Below, piece after piece: positions 34,597 to 47,600 of a stretch of 64,000 nt of DNA (position 1 is the stretch's first letter; every line of letters begins with the position of its first letter). The position numbers and the translations under genes are program-made. The notes beneath the pieces are model-generated. The model was not told the origin of the DNA. It saw nothing but the letters and a program-made list of their open reading frames with translations, and searched no databases. Source of the DNA: Convolutriloba macropyga (Eukaryota); assembly GCF_964194025.1 (NCBI RefSeq), contig NC_134477.1, positions 14,570,001-14,634,000 on the forward strand, read 5' to 3'.

Positions 34597-34821
34597 CTTG
34601 AGATTGCGAGTAATGAAGTGGATTCTGTCATCTGAGTAGCCTCGTCCACAATCAGAAAGGTACACTTGTAGGGGTTGTTCGAGGTGACGGGAGTGTTGTT
34701 GAGGTAGGAAGAGAGACAGGCAGCTGAGGTCACTCCAATCACTCTTGCCAGTTTCACTCTGTCACTACGGGCTGATCTCTTCTCACGTCTACGATCACTC
34801 AAAAGACTCTCACGCTCACGC
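34597..34821 (-). CDS. ZGRF1: ZGRF1-like helicase internal exon (motifs Ib-II)
   Basis: RVIGVTSAAC...FLIVDEATQMTESTSLLAISR. AG acceptor at 34822-34823 and GT donor at 34595-34596 keep the frame with both neighbours. Confidence 0.88.
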
Positions 34822-34949
34822 CTAATCACACACACTCATATATTCTCTACAATACACTACACGACACAATACAATACGACTGTCATCAATCGGCAAGTTG
34901 TGGATAAAAGATGCTATTCAATTAGTTTTTAAAAAAATGAAAAACAATA

Positions 34950-35438
34950 ATTGAATAGCATCCTTCAATACACTGCTGCAACTTTATAAAAACACTAAAA
35001 ATAGCCATTTTAACCAAATGAAAACAATATAAAATTAACCTGGTAATTTTCGAGTTAAGCTGGTAAGTTTCTACAATTTGATTTTACGTGCTTTTTAAAC
35101 GTTCTCATTAGTTACACTATAAATCTGGGATACGTTCACTGGAGTCAGTGAGGATAGAACCCAAACCATCCTTCTGACAATGGTTCCTTAGCAGCTTAAC
35201 TCTGCTGTTAGTGGATTGCACCCAATAAGACACTGAAAGTTGGATTCGATTTATTGAGTGAAATAATGTGCGTATTTGCATCTATTTATGTATTGCGTAT
35301 TTGCATCTATTTATGTATAAGTAGAAGTGGATAAAAAGTGTCTATTACACTACTGTTTTGACTTTTGAAAAATGGTTAAAAATGGCTATTTTCTGTGCTT
35401 TTATTAAGCTGCAGTAGTGGATAAAAGATGCTATTCGA
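34950..35438. mobile_element. MITE-like inverted repeat in ZGRF1 intron
   Basis: gaatagcatc...cactgctgca...aaaatagccattttaacca versus tggttaaaaatggctatttt...tgcagtagtg...gatgctattc. Confidence 0.65.
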
Positions 35439-35862
35439 TCATAGTTTTTCATTTTTGAAAATTGGTAGAATAGAAACATCAAGCCTGTTCTGCTCCAAAT
35501 GAAGCGTGAGCTGGATTCCTATATTATTCTCCGAATTCGGCCTGGATTGGTTGGTAAAAATTTTTAATACACTACTTCGGTAACACCTAATAAACCCTTC
35601 CTTAGCAGCAAATGACATTTTGGGATGTTTCGGGGAGAACTTTTCCAATAACAATAATCTTTATGATTACAATTGCTGATAGTTAGATCAAATTGAAAAA
35701 GGCAGTTAGTAACTTTAGCTTGGCATACCAATCGTCAGGCGAGACATCACCTCATGACTTTACAACAAAAGCTATGACAAAATGATCACAAAAAGGTAAT
35801 TTATGCTTTTTCTGCAGTGGTTGCTAAGTTAAAATGGTAGAAGTTATGAGAAACAAACGTAC

Positions 35863-38690
35863 AGAGGTAACTCTTTGTCTTTCAACCGACGAGTGAGTAG
35901 CTTCAAATTGTCAGTTTCGACGTCCTGATGCAACGAATACTTGAGGAGAGACTTTGAGATCTTCTGCACGTTGCCAATCCTTAGCAGATCCCTTGAAAGT
36001 AGTTTATCCACTCGTATGCTCAGTTCCTCTTCCCTACTTTCAGCTGGCCAGTTCTCTTGTTCCAAATATAATCTCACAGCATTGTGGACCAGTTCACTGT
36101 ACTTCATGAGGACATTATCAACAGCGACATTGGTACCACTGCAAACTACGATTGAGAAGTTACTATCGGATTTTTGGCATTCATTATCATCATTTTTAAA
36201 GGCGTTCGCATATGACAATGTGGTCAAAAAGTGTACAAAGACAGCCAATAGGAAGGATTTGCCTGAACCAAACACTCCATGAATTAACATTACAGCATCT
36301 GTTCCTTCACGTTCCTTCGAGCAGATAGAGTCGCACAGTTTATTCAATGCGCTTTTCTGCTGCTCGTTCAGACCAAATACAGCTTCAAACTCCTCTGCGA
36401 GAGAAAACACAGTTTCACGAAACTCGTCTTTCACTAAAGGTGGCTTTATTATCTCCTTATTTGCATTTACATCATCACCTGTCATTCCACAACCCTTTTC
36501 CCGTCTCACCTTGAGCAAATTACGAACAACTGAACTTTTGTCATTTGCAGGATCTGAGAGATTGTTCGCAATAAACTGCAGACTGTCCAGATCATGTACA
36601 CTAGATGCAAGTTTGACCAAAGTGGCACTCCGATTAGATTTCACAAACAGTCGTAAGTCCAAATTTGGAGGTGAACTTATTACTTGGAGTTGTAATTGCC
36701 CGTTCCATAAGGGCCAGGGCATAATTGAGCGGGCTAAGAGTGGTTGCGAATCGGAGGGTAACATATAAGAAGTTGCCAGAATGAGCCAAACATCATTCCT
36801 AGAAAACTGGCTCTGTGAACATTTGTTCATTTGTACTTGAGCGTAAAATGTATCAGTCTCTTTTTTATATTTGCTCTTTTCACCAACGATTTTTGCATGT
36901 TGTACAGATGCTGAGCTCAATTTCGTGTCAGAAAACAATATAAATCCACTTTGGGTAAGCTTGTTCATATCAATCCTTTCTCTCAATCGCTGCTGAGTTG
37001 AGCATATTTTGAGAAACCTGTGATAATGAGGCAATATGGCCAGTATGCTCAAACATCTAGCTTGGTTCAGAAGGCTATTTCTGTATTTTTCAAAAGTGAA
37101 CTCAACGCCACATCCAATTTTGTAGGACGACTGAAGGTGGCCCAAATTTTTCCCGATGCTTGCATCCAGACACAAAAGTTCTCTAAGGGACAATGAATTT
37201 GGCTCCAATTTGGACCGCAGTTTGTTCGCATTTGTCTCAGACAGCTGTTCGAGCTTGTTAGTAACTCGCGGGGGTTTGAACACGCTAGAAGCATCTCTGA
37301 GTAAAATTTGCTCACTTTTCTCGAAATCACTCTTTGTTGATTTTAAACCATCCGAAGATAGATCTAAGGTTGAAGTACTTGGTTTCAGCCGATTCTCATT
37401 TTCTCCCCCAAGTGAGGAGCAGTTGGGCATGCACGATTCCAGATGAAAAGTGAATTGTGGCCCCGGTATAACAACACTAACTTCTTCTGCGAAGTCAATC
37501 TCCCGTTTACCAACATCAATATTGAGCTCTGGCTCTGCTGGTGGTGAGTTCAAAGGAAGGTAGAACGAATCGGACAGGAATGAAACGTCCATAAAATCTT
37601 GTCGTGAATTGGGCTCGTGGTCAACAACCTCATTGCAATTTGGAGTTTTCTCTTCCTCATCCAAGTCCTTTCTGTTATTGTCTCCGTTATTGGTATCAGA
37701 AACTTGTCCTTCAGATCTCTCAGTAAATTGAAAAGCATCCAAGGCACAGACCGAATCATGAAGAGAACTTCTCAGATTAACTTTACCTGTTTTCTTTTCT
37801 ACATCATCATTTTTCTCAGCATTCAATGGGTTGTCAAACGAATGCGCGTCCGTTTTTAAACGCGTTTTGGAGTCGTTTTGAGATAAAATTTTATCTTCAA
37901 TGTCTTGTGACACACCAATTCTCTGCTGCTCTTCGTCTGTTTTAAGCAACAAGTTCTCAACACTCAAAGCGGAATATGTAAGATCATCGGCCTCTGCTCC
38001 AGCTCCAGTCTGTAGTCGTCTACTTCGCTTTGTTTTGGATACCTTCGAATACGAGGAGGCTAATGACCTTCTGCTTTGACCAGCGCAACTTGGTTTACTG
38101 CTTGAGGCACTGACCTTGCTCCTGCGCAAGTCTAGAGATCTCTTAGAACCTCTGACCCGTTTGCCGCGCATTGATTCCTCCTTGTCATCAAAGTCACTTA
38201 TCCAACCTGCATCTTCAAATTTATTCGCATCGTGAAACACTTTTGCAGTGGAAACTCCTCCGAGCAATGAACATATAATCTTATTAGCTTCGGCTTTAGT
38301 TTCCTGCTCCCAGAGTTTCACCTCACTTTTGGACTTCGATCCACTCTCTTCTTCTTCTTCTGGCTTCGCTGAGTCAGCCCCTCTTGGTGTTTTGGCAGTG
38401 CCGACATGGTCATAACTACGTTTAGGAGGCCGAGCAATTTCTATACCATTCACCACATTAGTGTTCACCTCGATAAGAGAATTTCTGTCAGCGTCTACTT
38501 GACGCGGATCAAACTCACTTTTCACTGGTGGACAGCTCTGTAAGTTGCCATCATATTGAGTCCCATCTACTTTGAAGGGCGTGGTGAAGTTGTGACGTTT
38601 TGAGGAAGAAAGAGCATCGCTTCGCCTTCGTTTTACTTGGTCCAAACACATGATACTTGCTGCACAGCCAAATAGACGCTCATTGTACGG
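35863..38690 (-). CDS. ZGRF1: ZGRF1-like helicase large exon (disordered region + motifs I, Ia); 5' boundary approximate
   Basis: FSRNDVWLI, LNEQQKSAL, LIHGVFGSGKSFLLAV, GTNVAVDNVL and RIGNVQKISKSLLKYSLH match ZGRF1 signatures. GT donor at 35861-35862. Confidence 0.85.
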
Positions 38691-38699
38691 GCGTTTCTT

Positions 38700-41414
38700 A
38701 GAATATAGCTGACAGATTGCCAAAAAATAGCCGCAATAGCTTCGTAGATCTACAGTTTCAAAAAGATCGCTCAAAACAGGCCAAAAAAATTCTTCATGAA
38801 ATGCTGAGATGTTATATTTCTAAATTTTGATTACGAATCTGTATTGGTGCTTCTATTAGCTATACTTACATAACCTCTATTTAGAGTGGCACAGACTCAG
38901 TTGACCTTTTCTCCTTGAATTCGATTCAAAAAAGTCATTTAAAAAGTGAGGAGGGCATTTTTGAGGTAAGTCAGGCGTGACCAAAAATTGATAACGCGAA
39001 TGAACTTAAAAAACTCACACATGCAGTTCAGTGAAAATTGCATGAACAAAAACCAGACTTGAAGTGACAGTGACGCCATATATCTTCACGAAATAGGACA
39101 AGCCCTGACACAATTCAAAACAATTCATCGACTAAACAAAAGACTATGGAACCAATGGAAGCGTTTTCTTGCAACTAAGTAAAAAGACAAAAAAATTAAA
39201 ACAAATATCCGAAAAAAAACTAAAAATAAATTACAAATGTAATAGTTGTAAAAGCATTTGCAGAAATTAAAGAGAAAGACATCAAAAACAGTCAAGATGA
39301 AACGCCTGAAAAATTCCGAAAAAGTCAGAAATCTCTAAAATCCGAAAACTTCTTGAAACAAAAATAACTTTCAGCACTTCAAAAGCACTTTCAAATGATT
39401 TTAGAATTCAAGACTATTCAATCTCTTGATTTCTTTACTATTCTAGCGTTACCCAAATCAGTTTTCAACTATTTCACGTTGACGTGGAAAACTCGAAAAA
39501 TAAGAAGATCTTAAGAAAAAAGGCCTCTTCCGAATACAAATCGTTTTCTTTGTGTTGCAGAAAACCAAAATAAAATCAATAACATCTTCGATATTGGGTC
39601 GACCTATTAATAGCAACACGAATCTGTGGCGTCTATTAACAAAAATTGATCATTTTATCTAAAATTGTTCAAACATAACGTAAAAGGTGAAGAAAGCTCG
39701 GTAAAAGGAAAGTGTTCTCAATCATGACAGAAACATTGCCATAAAATAGCCACAATAGCTTCGACACAAAAATGCATGAAGGAATGAACAAAAACCAGAC
39801 TTGAAGTGACAGTGACGCCATAAATCTTCACAAAATAGGACAAGCCCTGACACAATTCAAAACAATTCATCGACTAAACAAAACACTATTCCTAGAATGG
39901 GAACCACTAAGAAAAGTAATACTTTTTTTTAAATGGCAAAAGCACAAAGTCAAATTGCCGCATGTGAACAAAAAAACCACATTCAAGAAAGCAAATTTTC
40001 TTTTGAACACCGCTTTCTCACTCTACTTCGAAATTAGAGCGAAAAAAATTCACGCCGCAAAACAACTCGCTTTTTCGCTCCACTTCTTGTTTCGGCTTGA
40101 CCAAAATAACTTCCTCAATTTGACGTCAAAGATCATGAAAATTTGCCGCAAGCTGGAAGACTCCGGAATCCACTTGCAGTAATATATAACTTAAACATTA
40201 GCTAATCAATAACTGATAAAACTAATAATTTCCTTGCACCAATTAATTTGAAACAACAATCTGAGGAAACAAATTATTATGAAAAAAGCAAAATTAGAGT
40301 TTTTTTCTTGGAAACATTTCATCGACTCCAAAAGCATTGTTTATATATATTGTCTGGTACGACTTAATTGTGTTCAACCAAAACATATGAAGTGATGGGA
40401 AAACTTAACACCTGATATATCTCGAAAAAGGGAAAAACCGAGAAACCAGAACAGAAGTAAAGGACAAAATCTGAAAACCGTTAATTTTAAATCACCCAAA
40501 AATTAAAAAAAGTTTTAACAACATTTCTCAATCAACCTTAATAAAAAATCCATTGAGCACCCACGTGACACCCAAACTCGCTAAAAAACACTCAAAACAT
40601 GAGCAAGCATTAAAAATTACAAAACTGCGGAACTGATTACTTTTTTATATTATGAAAATATGTGCTATCAAATCTTTACTTATTTTCACTTAGTAATGAT
40701 AAACCTATAACTGACTCTAATTAAACAATAAAACACAAAATGCTCTGAAAGGCAGAATAACGGAACAATTAAGCAAAAAAAGTACAGATACAGAAAAATT
40801 CAGCAAAAAATTGTTTTGAATTTGGCCTTTTTCTTCTGCGGAAATAAATTTAAATTACTATTAAGGAAATCAAAAGGCCACCAATATCAACATTAAATCC
40901 ATTTGCATTCAAAAAACTATCCCACTCACTCAAAACATGAAAACGAGTACAAAAACCGGTAAAAAATGGTCTAAAGCTGCTAAACCACAAAAATAGCTCA
41001 AGATTTCCTATAAAATTTTAATATATAATTGATATAGTCAAAAATGCTCCCAAAAGTAGAGTTTCGTGTCACTGTGCTTTGAAAGAACAACTTTATCCTA
41101 GAACAATAAAGCAATACCTGCTTCAAAAAAGCAGCACGTGCGCAATAAATTTTGCTCGTTCAGCGAAAACACAACTCTCTCTCCTCTTTCCGTTTTGCTC
41201 AACAGCAGAAGAAAATCAAAATTTTTGCACGTTCGGCATTAACTTTTACATCCTGTTTCAGAACGAGTGGATCGATTAAAAAAAACAGATCAACATAACT
41301 CCTCTTCGAGTCGTAAGGAAAAGACAGGGCCCCAATACAAATCAAATTCCCTGAATTGTAAAAAAAACCTAGAGAAGGCCAATAATAACCGCAGCTATCG
41401 CTCTGCGGCTATTA
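38700..41414 (-). mobile_element. ~2.7-kb HINE/Helentron-derived element (possibly compound) between two ZGRF1 coding segments
   Basis: Same terminal motifs as 30212-30703: ctgacagattgccaaaaaatagccgcaatagc at 38709 and gctatcgctctgcggctattaa at 41393-41414. Confidence 0.68.
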
Positions 41415-41424
41415 ATAAAAGAAT

Positions 41425-41940
41425 GACATTTTTCTTATCCTCGCCTTCTGGGAATTGAACTGTAACATTTGCATCAGACACTGGTGCTTCTATTTTCACA
41501 TCCACGACAGATTTCTCGCTCATTTGGCAGTTGTTGCTAACTCGAGGGGCCTTGAACAAGTGTCTGCTTTTAGAACAAGAGGACAACAGCTCTCGCCTAG
41601 TTCTGTTAACTTCCATTGCGGTCGCAATTCTTGCGCTGCCACCGAACAACTTTTCTGCGTACGTCATCTTCTCACTTAGTTCAGAAGGTTCTGATTTGAT
41701 ATTAAAAGGAAATGCGCATGTTAATTTTGTGTCGCTGCATTTTAACTCTTGCTGAGAAAACGAGAAGTCACCACTTGTCTGCTCTGATTTGACATTGTTC
41801 CTGGATTCTGAACTGGCCTGGCACAATCTGCGTCTGTTGGCTTTGACAGACTCTGAATCGCTAATTTTCAAAGAACTTAGATCCTGCCACTGACGCAAAA
41901 TGCCTTTTGATTTCTCCTTATTCATCAGAATTTGCAAATC
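41425..41940 (-). CDS. Probable upstream exon of ZGRF1-like gene
   Basis: 180-codon open frame on the same strand with exon-like composition and S/K/E-rich low complexity like the next exon. Acceptor tttcag at 41941-41942; donor uncertain. Confidence 0.55.
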
Positions 41941-42409
41941 CTGAAATTTTCCATTGAAAACACATAAATCAAATTTAAGACGCCACGTGGAACTTTAGTG
42001 GAAACTGGGAAATAATTTTCTCCGATTTCGCGATCATATAGCATGACCGGATTCACCAGCGCAAATTACATTTATGCGACCCGGCAGTGGAAAAAAAGCA
42101 AACAAAGTTTTCATTGAAACAGAATATTATTTGCAGAAGAAAGTTGACGTTAGACGCAAATAGAACTGAACTAATTTACTTTTTTTTGAGATGATGATGA
42201 AATAGCTGTTTTCTCTTTTAAAGAAAAACTACAATCAAACCCGATATCTGGGTGATCAAACTGATCAGAAGTTTTTAGTCGAAGCGCAATTGACCAAGAC
42301 TAAAAAATGTCTACTGCTATTCGTTCAATTTTTAGCAAATTAATTCGGGGGATGAAAGGGTGCTTTCTTCGTAAGAAATACAACTGGGCTACAGATCCAA
42401 CTGGGCTAC

Positions 42410-43825
42410 GGATGATAAAAACCTCACCGCAATCAACAAAGACGATAATTCAGTGCAAGGAGATCTGCAAAACATCAATAATTGGTTGATTGCTAATAAG
42501 TTAATACTAAATATGGATAAAACAGTACAAATGAATATAAGGAATAAAAATAGTGCTTCCATATCAGTGTTTAAGTTTGATGATGTTTTTATTGAAGTTC
42601 GTAATCTTTGTAAGTATCTCGGAATCTATGTAGATAGTAAATTAAGTTTTCAATCACATATAGAGTATATTAAGAAAAGACTCTCAAAACAGTGTGGTAT
42701 TATATGTAAGCTGCGTCACTATGTACCCCGAAAACAGCTAATTGATTACTATCGAAGCAATGTTAACCCAATAGTTCAATACGGTATTTTAGTATATGGC
42801 TGTTGCAGTTACTCGTCGCTTCTACCTATCTATATTCTTCAGAAAAAAATTCTAAAATTCCTTTATTTCAGGAAATTGTCAGATAGTTGTAGGGACATTT
42901 TTATCTCTAATAAATTACTAACAGTATTCGAGTTTCATATTTATGCGCTGCTGAAATTTGTCCTGAAATCACTGAAAAAGATGCATAGCGAAACTTATCT
43001 AAATGAACTCTTTGAGTATGAGCATGGTACCAGAAAAACCAGAAGATCTACCAAAAACTACCTAAAGCTTCCCTCCATTAAAACGCAGTTTGAGCGCTCC
43101 TCTATTTCATATCGTTGTGCAAAGTTATTTAACACACTGAGAAAGAATGAACTTCTAGCACAAGACATAGAAAACAAAAATTGGCAACAAATATCGCAAT
43201 TTTATCATAAATTTAAAGAAAGTTACTTGCTGACTAATGAGGAGCTGGTATCCCACATTTTTAAGTAATTTTTTTTCCTTGCCCACCACCCTCCATTTTT
43301 TTTCTTTCAATTTTTCTATTCCATGAACCCTAGTCAAAAATTGTTGCGGCACTTACTTTATAAGTGCCGAGGCCTCAAAAATGGTATTATTTTTGGAAAA
43401 TAACGAAGTCTACACATAGAAAACCGACGAAGAAATTCGAATTGCAGATTTTTTTTTTACTTTCTTTTATTTACATTTGCCAGGAATCAGCGTTACTCTC
43501 GGAAATCAAGACACAGCATACAGTGATCGCGTAGTAGGTATAGAGTTCAAAAATAGAATTTTTTTACAGCTTAAAAACCGTTTTTTTTCTGTTTTCAGCA
43601 TCAAAAGTTTTAGTTATCGTTTTTTTTTCTCTTCTTAACTATTTAAGTTTAGCCAGGGCAGATACTAGGTGGGTTAATAGCTCCGTCTATCTGTCCTCTC
43701 CGAGATATCTTTTGTTATTATGACATATAATAATGTTGATAATAATCTAAGTAATTAAATTGTTGATTTAAATTGATATATTTTATCATTAAAAGGAGAA
43801 ATTTATTCTTTCTTTCTTTCTTTTA
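42410..43825 (+). mobile_element. 5'-truncated CR1/L2-group (Crack-like) LINE with 3' UTR and (TTTC)n tail
   Basis: RT C-terminal ORF followed by ~550 bp UTR ending atttattctttctttctttc. Confidence 0.75.
42453..43268 (+). CDS. LINE ORF2 C-terminal fragment (RT thumb region)
   Basis: WLIANKLILNMDKT, KYLGIYVDSKLSFQSHI, IVQYGILVYG, LQKKILK, SISYRCAKLFN. Confidence 0.85.
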   Translation: MQGDLQNINNWLIANKLILNMDKTVQMNIRNKNSASISVFKFDDVFIEVRNLCKYLGIYVDSKLSFQSHIEYIKKRLSKQCGIICKLRHYVPRKQLIDYYRSNVNPIVQYGILVYGCCSYSSLLPIYILQKKILKFLYFRKLSDSCRDIFISNKLLTVFEFHIYALLKFVLKSLKKMHSETYLNELFEYEHGTRKTRRSTKNYLKLPSIKTQFERSSISYRCAKLFNTLRKNELLAQDIENKNWQQISQFYHKFKESYLLTNEELVSHIFK

Positions 43826-44689
43826 TCTAATACAGGCAAAATTACTCTCAAGTGAACTGCTGATAGTACCACTGTCATTAATAAAATTGTGTCATTGCAT
43901 AAATTAACAAAAAACATTTTGGCAAGTTCCACGGATTCGTAACACTATAGCAGAATCCTCGAAAAAGAACAGTTTAAAATTGGTCCAATCTTAAGAACGA
44001 AATGGTAAGAACTCAGTTATTCGCCAATGTGTTCATAGATAGAATACATTACCAGAATATATTCGGCCACCAAGAAGTGAAAAAGCGTATAAATATAAGT
44101 TAAATGATTTTTTCGTTTCTCGACACGAGCGCATACCTTTAATGAGCAACCTAAGCGGATTTTTAGTTAATTTTATTTTACGAAAAAAGAACAAAACTTA
44201 TTAAATTTAATAAATTTGTTATTTAATTTCCTTCTTACAATGATGCTAATGACTGCCCAGATGACTTTTATAGAGCCTTATGGTTATATTGTAATTTGTA
44301 TATTTCGAAAAAAGGATGATAAAAATTAAATCTGCGAGGTCTCCATTATCAAATAATCTTGGTTTGTATTGTTCTAAAATTTAAATGTTTTCTGATTAAT
44401 TCTTATTGCCAATCTTAAGGTTTTCTCCAATCTCTGACGTTTCTTCCTCTCTCTCTCAGCCTCTTAACTCTCGTTTTTTAATTTCCTCGCGTTAATGAAC
44501 TGCGCTCAAGTATCCTCCTGTTGGATGACATTGCTTACGAAAATACTCCCCTCTCATTGGGTGAGTACAATAAAAATTCGGGCTTGTTTCTAATTCATCA
44601 AGAGATTGATTCAGCTCAACTCAAGCGTCTAGGAAAAATTATCTTCACATTGCGTCCCACACAATCGGGTCGCTGATTATCAGACAGTT

Positions 44690-47600
44690 CAACTACTTGC
44701 TGCGTTCGACTACGGAGCTCGCTACACCAGCATATTAGCTGATCCTCGTATGATGACAACAGAAACTGACTGAACTGCTCTGTCGAAGGCAATGGATTGT
44801 CCCACTGACTGATAATTTCTGCTATCAGCTAACGACATGCGCAGTAAGGCCTTCTTCAGAGTCCTCGACAGACCGCCCAAAACTTCAATTGCCAGTGGGA
44901 CGAACAAAATTCCTTGTTGAGCACAACTATTTTCATACTCAGTATATTTTCGATCTTCAGCAGCTTCAATTGGATAGCCTGACTTCTCTGCCGCATGAGA
45001 AATAATGTTCGGTTGCAGAGAGGAAGTCACGGTTATGTCTAGAGCAGCAGATTGGCCAGATTTCCAACAAGGCAGAGAGACGTCTCCTGGGCGTGAGTTG
45101 TTTTCCGCAATGAGATTGCGTTTTTCAATTACTGGAGACAAATTAGCTACCAAACAGGCAGAAGCTATACGATCGCGAATTCTATCGTGCCTTGAAATCG
45201 CATCTCCCCTTCCATGGCAGGCAACTGCATGGTCACCAAACGTGTCCAATGTACCTGACTTACAATAAGGACATTTTCTTTCTTGATCATAAACCGCGAT
45301 CCCGAGCCTGTACCTGACACTGACTTGAAATTCCTTAGCCGAAAGGTGTAGACCCATAGCGGGAATTGAGGCGCGGCAAGCCATGCTCCGGAATGAGGCA
45401 GGCATAGTGATTGGAGTCTTTCTTTTTCCCTAGTTGACGTTTGATTTCTTATTAGGTCAGCAAGTTTTTCTTTATCAAGTGCTTCTTGGATCTTCTTTTG
45501 CGTGTGCGAAAGTAGATTGAACTGTTCCAGACTCTGGTGTAACTCTTTAAAAGTGTCACTTTCTGAGGGACGCCTACTTGTTATTTTGTTCACCAGCTCG
45601 TCTGAGGCTAAAATTGAACCCACAAACGCACTTCTGTATTGCTCTTGTGACTGTCTGACGCCTAGTCCCCACAAACTGATAGGTAAGGAAGAATGTTTTC
45701 ATGCGTCATCATCAATAATTGATCCAACAATTTGATCCATCACTTCTCTTTGGCCGTCGTCGAAAATTTTCAGTACTCTGAGCATCTCGTTTGATGGAGT
45801 ATTAGTTCGTAAAGAGTATACTAGTTTCGGAGTTCCCAAACAGTAACGAAGGATACCCAATGCACATTGAGGCTCGTTGAGGTGATGTAAATTATCCAGC
45901 ATAGATAAAATTTTTCGAACTCTCCCCATCAAACAAGAAGCGACAAATTCTTTTGAACCAACTGCAGCACCCAGAATTTCAAAACCGTTTCCCAAATTCC
46001 TTTTTACTGCCTGATCAACGGAGGGTAAATCTTTAATTGACCACAGCTTTAATTTGTCTTTCCTCAAGAATAGGCCTCTCTCAGGGCTTTCATTGGCTAG
46101 GATTTCAAGCGTCTGTTTGATCTGATCTTCAGAACCAGCAATAAACCCATCATCTAAGTTCCAAGTGTGCTGTACCAAATCCGGAACTGAAGTCTTGATC
46201 TTCTGTATGATCGGCCATAACGTCAAGATCAATAACGGTTCCAGCGGATCACACTACTGAACACCTGATTCACTTTGAACGATTGCATTGTTATAAAAGA
46301 GTGGTGTGTGCTGGGAGTAGCAAAAATTGTTGAAGGCGGCAATTCCTGGAATAAATTTGTAAGTTGCTTTTAATGAGTCTGATCGCTTGACTGAGTTAAA
46401 AGCGTTTTGGAAATCAATTTGAAGCACGCTTTCGTCCGTCTGAGCACTTACTATGTTATCGCATGTAATTTTTGACGAATGATTGCCTCAGCGCCTCCGC
46501 TAATGCCGACTCCCAATTGCAAACTATCAAATAGCTCAATTGTTTCTGATTTAGCTTCACTTGCCAAGCATTTTGCTATGAGGCTTCGCAACACTTCGCC
46601 AACCGCTATCGGACGCACCCCACCTTTCTTTTTGGATAAAGCCGTTAGCGAAGCGCAGAAGGCTTGGAAATAAAAACAGGAAAGAGACCCCTACTACCAA
46701 AGTCTACAAACTTTGTTATTGCTTTCAGTGCAAACTCGGACCGATCAGGTGCAGTGCAGTCTACTGCATGCTGAAGATGTTCTGGAAACATCTTAGAGGG
46801 ACCGGCTGCAGTGTGCTTGCTGAATGTCTTTAGTTGTTAATAAACTACATTTTCACTAAATTGGAATGCATTGGATGCAGTATCGTCAGGTAAACTGAAA
46901 TCAGGTAACGGTTCTTTCGGGTGTAACTTTTCAAGTGCTTTGAATGTAGCTTTGTTATCGGGTGCGAGACCTTCAGAAGCTAAAACTTTAGCAGCTCTGC
47001 CATATTGGCCTTGTAGGCACAACGTTTTCGTTCTGACCGATAATTCTTCAATGCTGTTAGTTCTCTGTCTTTTTGATTGTTTCAAGGAGACAGCTTCTGA
47101 CCAAAGCTTCCCATATTCACCGGCGTTCCAACGATCAAAACGTTCTGCAAGACTTTGGTCTTGATTGCGCTTTTGCTTTTTGCCTCCGCGGTTACAAGCA
47201 CGTAGAACGCATTTTGAAACCGCAAAAAGTTCTTGCCAATTTGTCTCATTGTCTGGAGCCTCAACACATTCAAGAAGAATACCTGATAGCAATTGAGACC
47301 ATCTTACTCTGAATTTGATAGGAACAAAGCGACATGTTGGCACGTACGAACTCAATATTGTCAACAACTCTGGCAATTTGTAACTTTCGGACTTTATTGA
47401 GAGATCAACACGTTCAAAAAATGAGTTATTCAACTGACTGGAATCAGTGGAATAACAGATCAGTAGATTGTCTATTTTATTTGAGAGGTCTGTGTTAATT
47501 TTCCGACGGCTGCACAACTGCTCTTTGTATTTTGAATACGCCCAAATTGATTTTGAATTGAACCAAGCGTCGTGCTCTGACCACCAACCAAAATATCTTA

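Noticed and set aside
38700-38774. N-terminus MSDLFETVDLRSYCGYFLAICQ of the 976-aa ORF
   Set aside because: It is Helentron terminal repeat sequence found in several copies, not a real helicase start.
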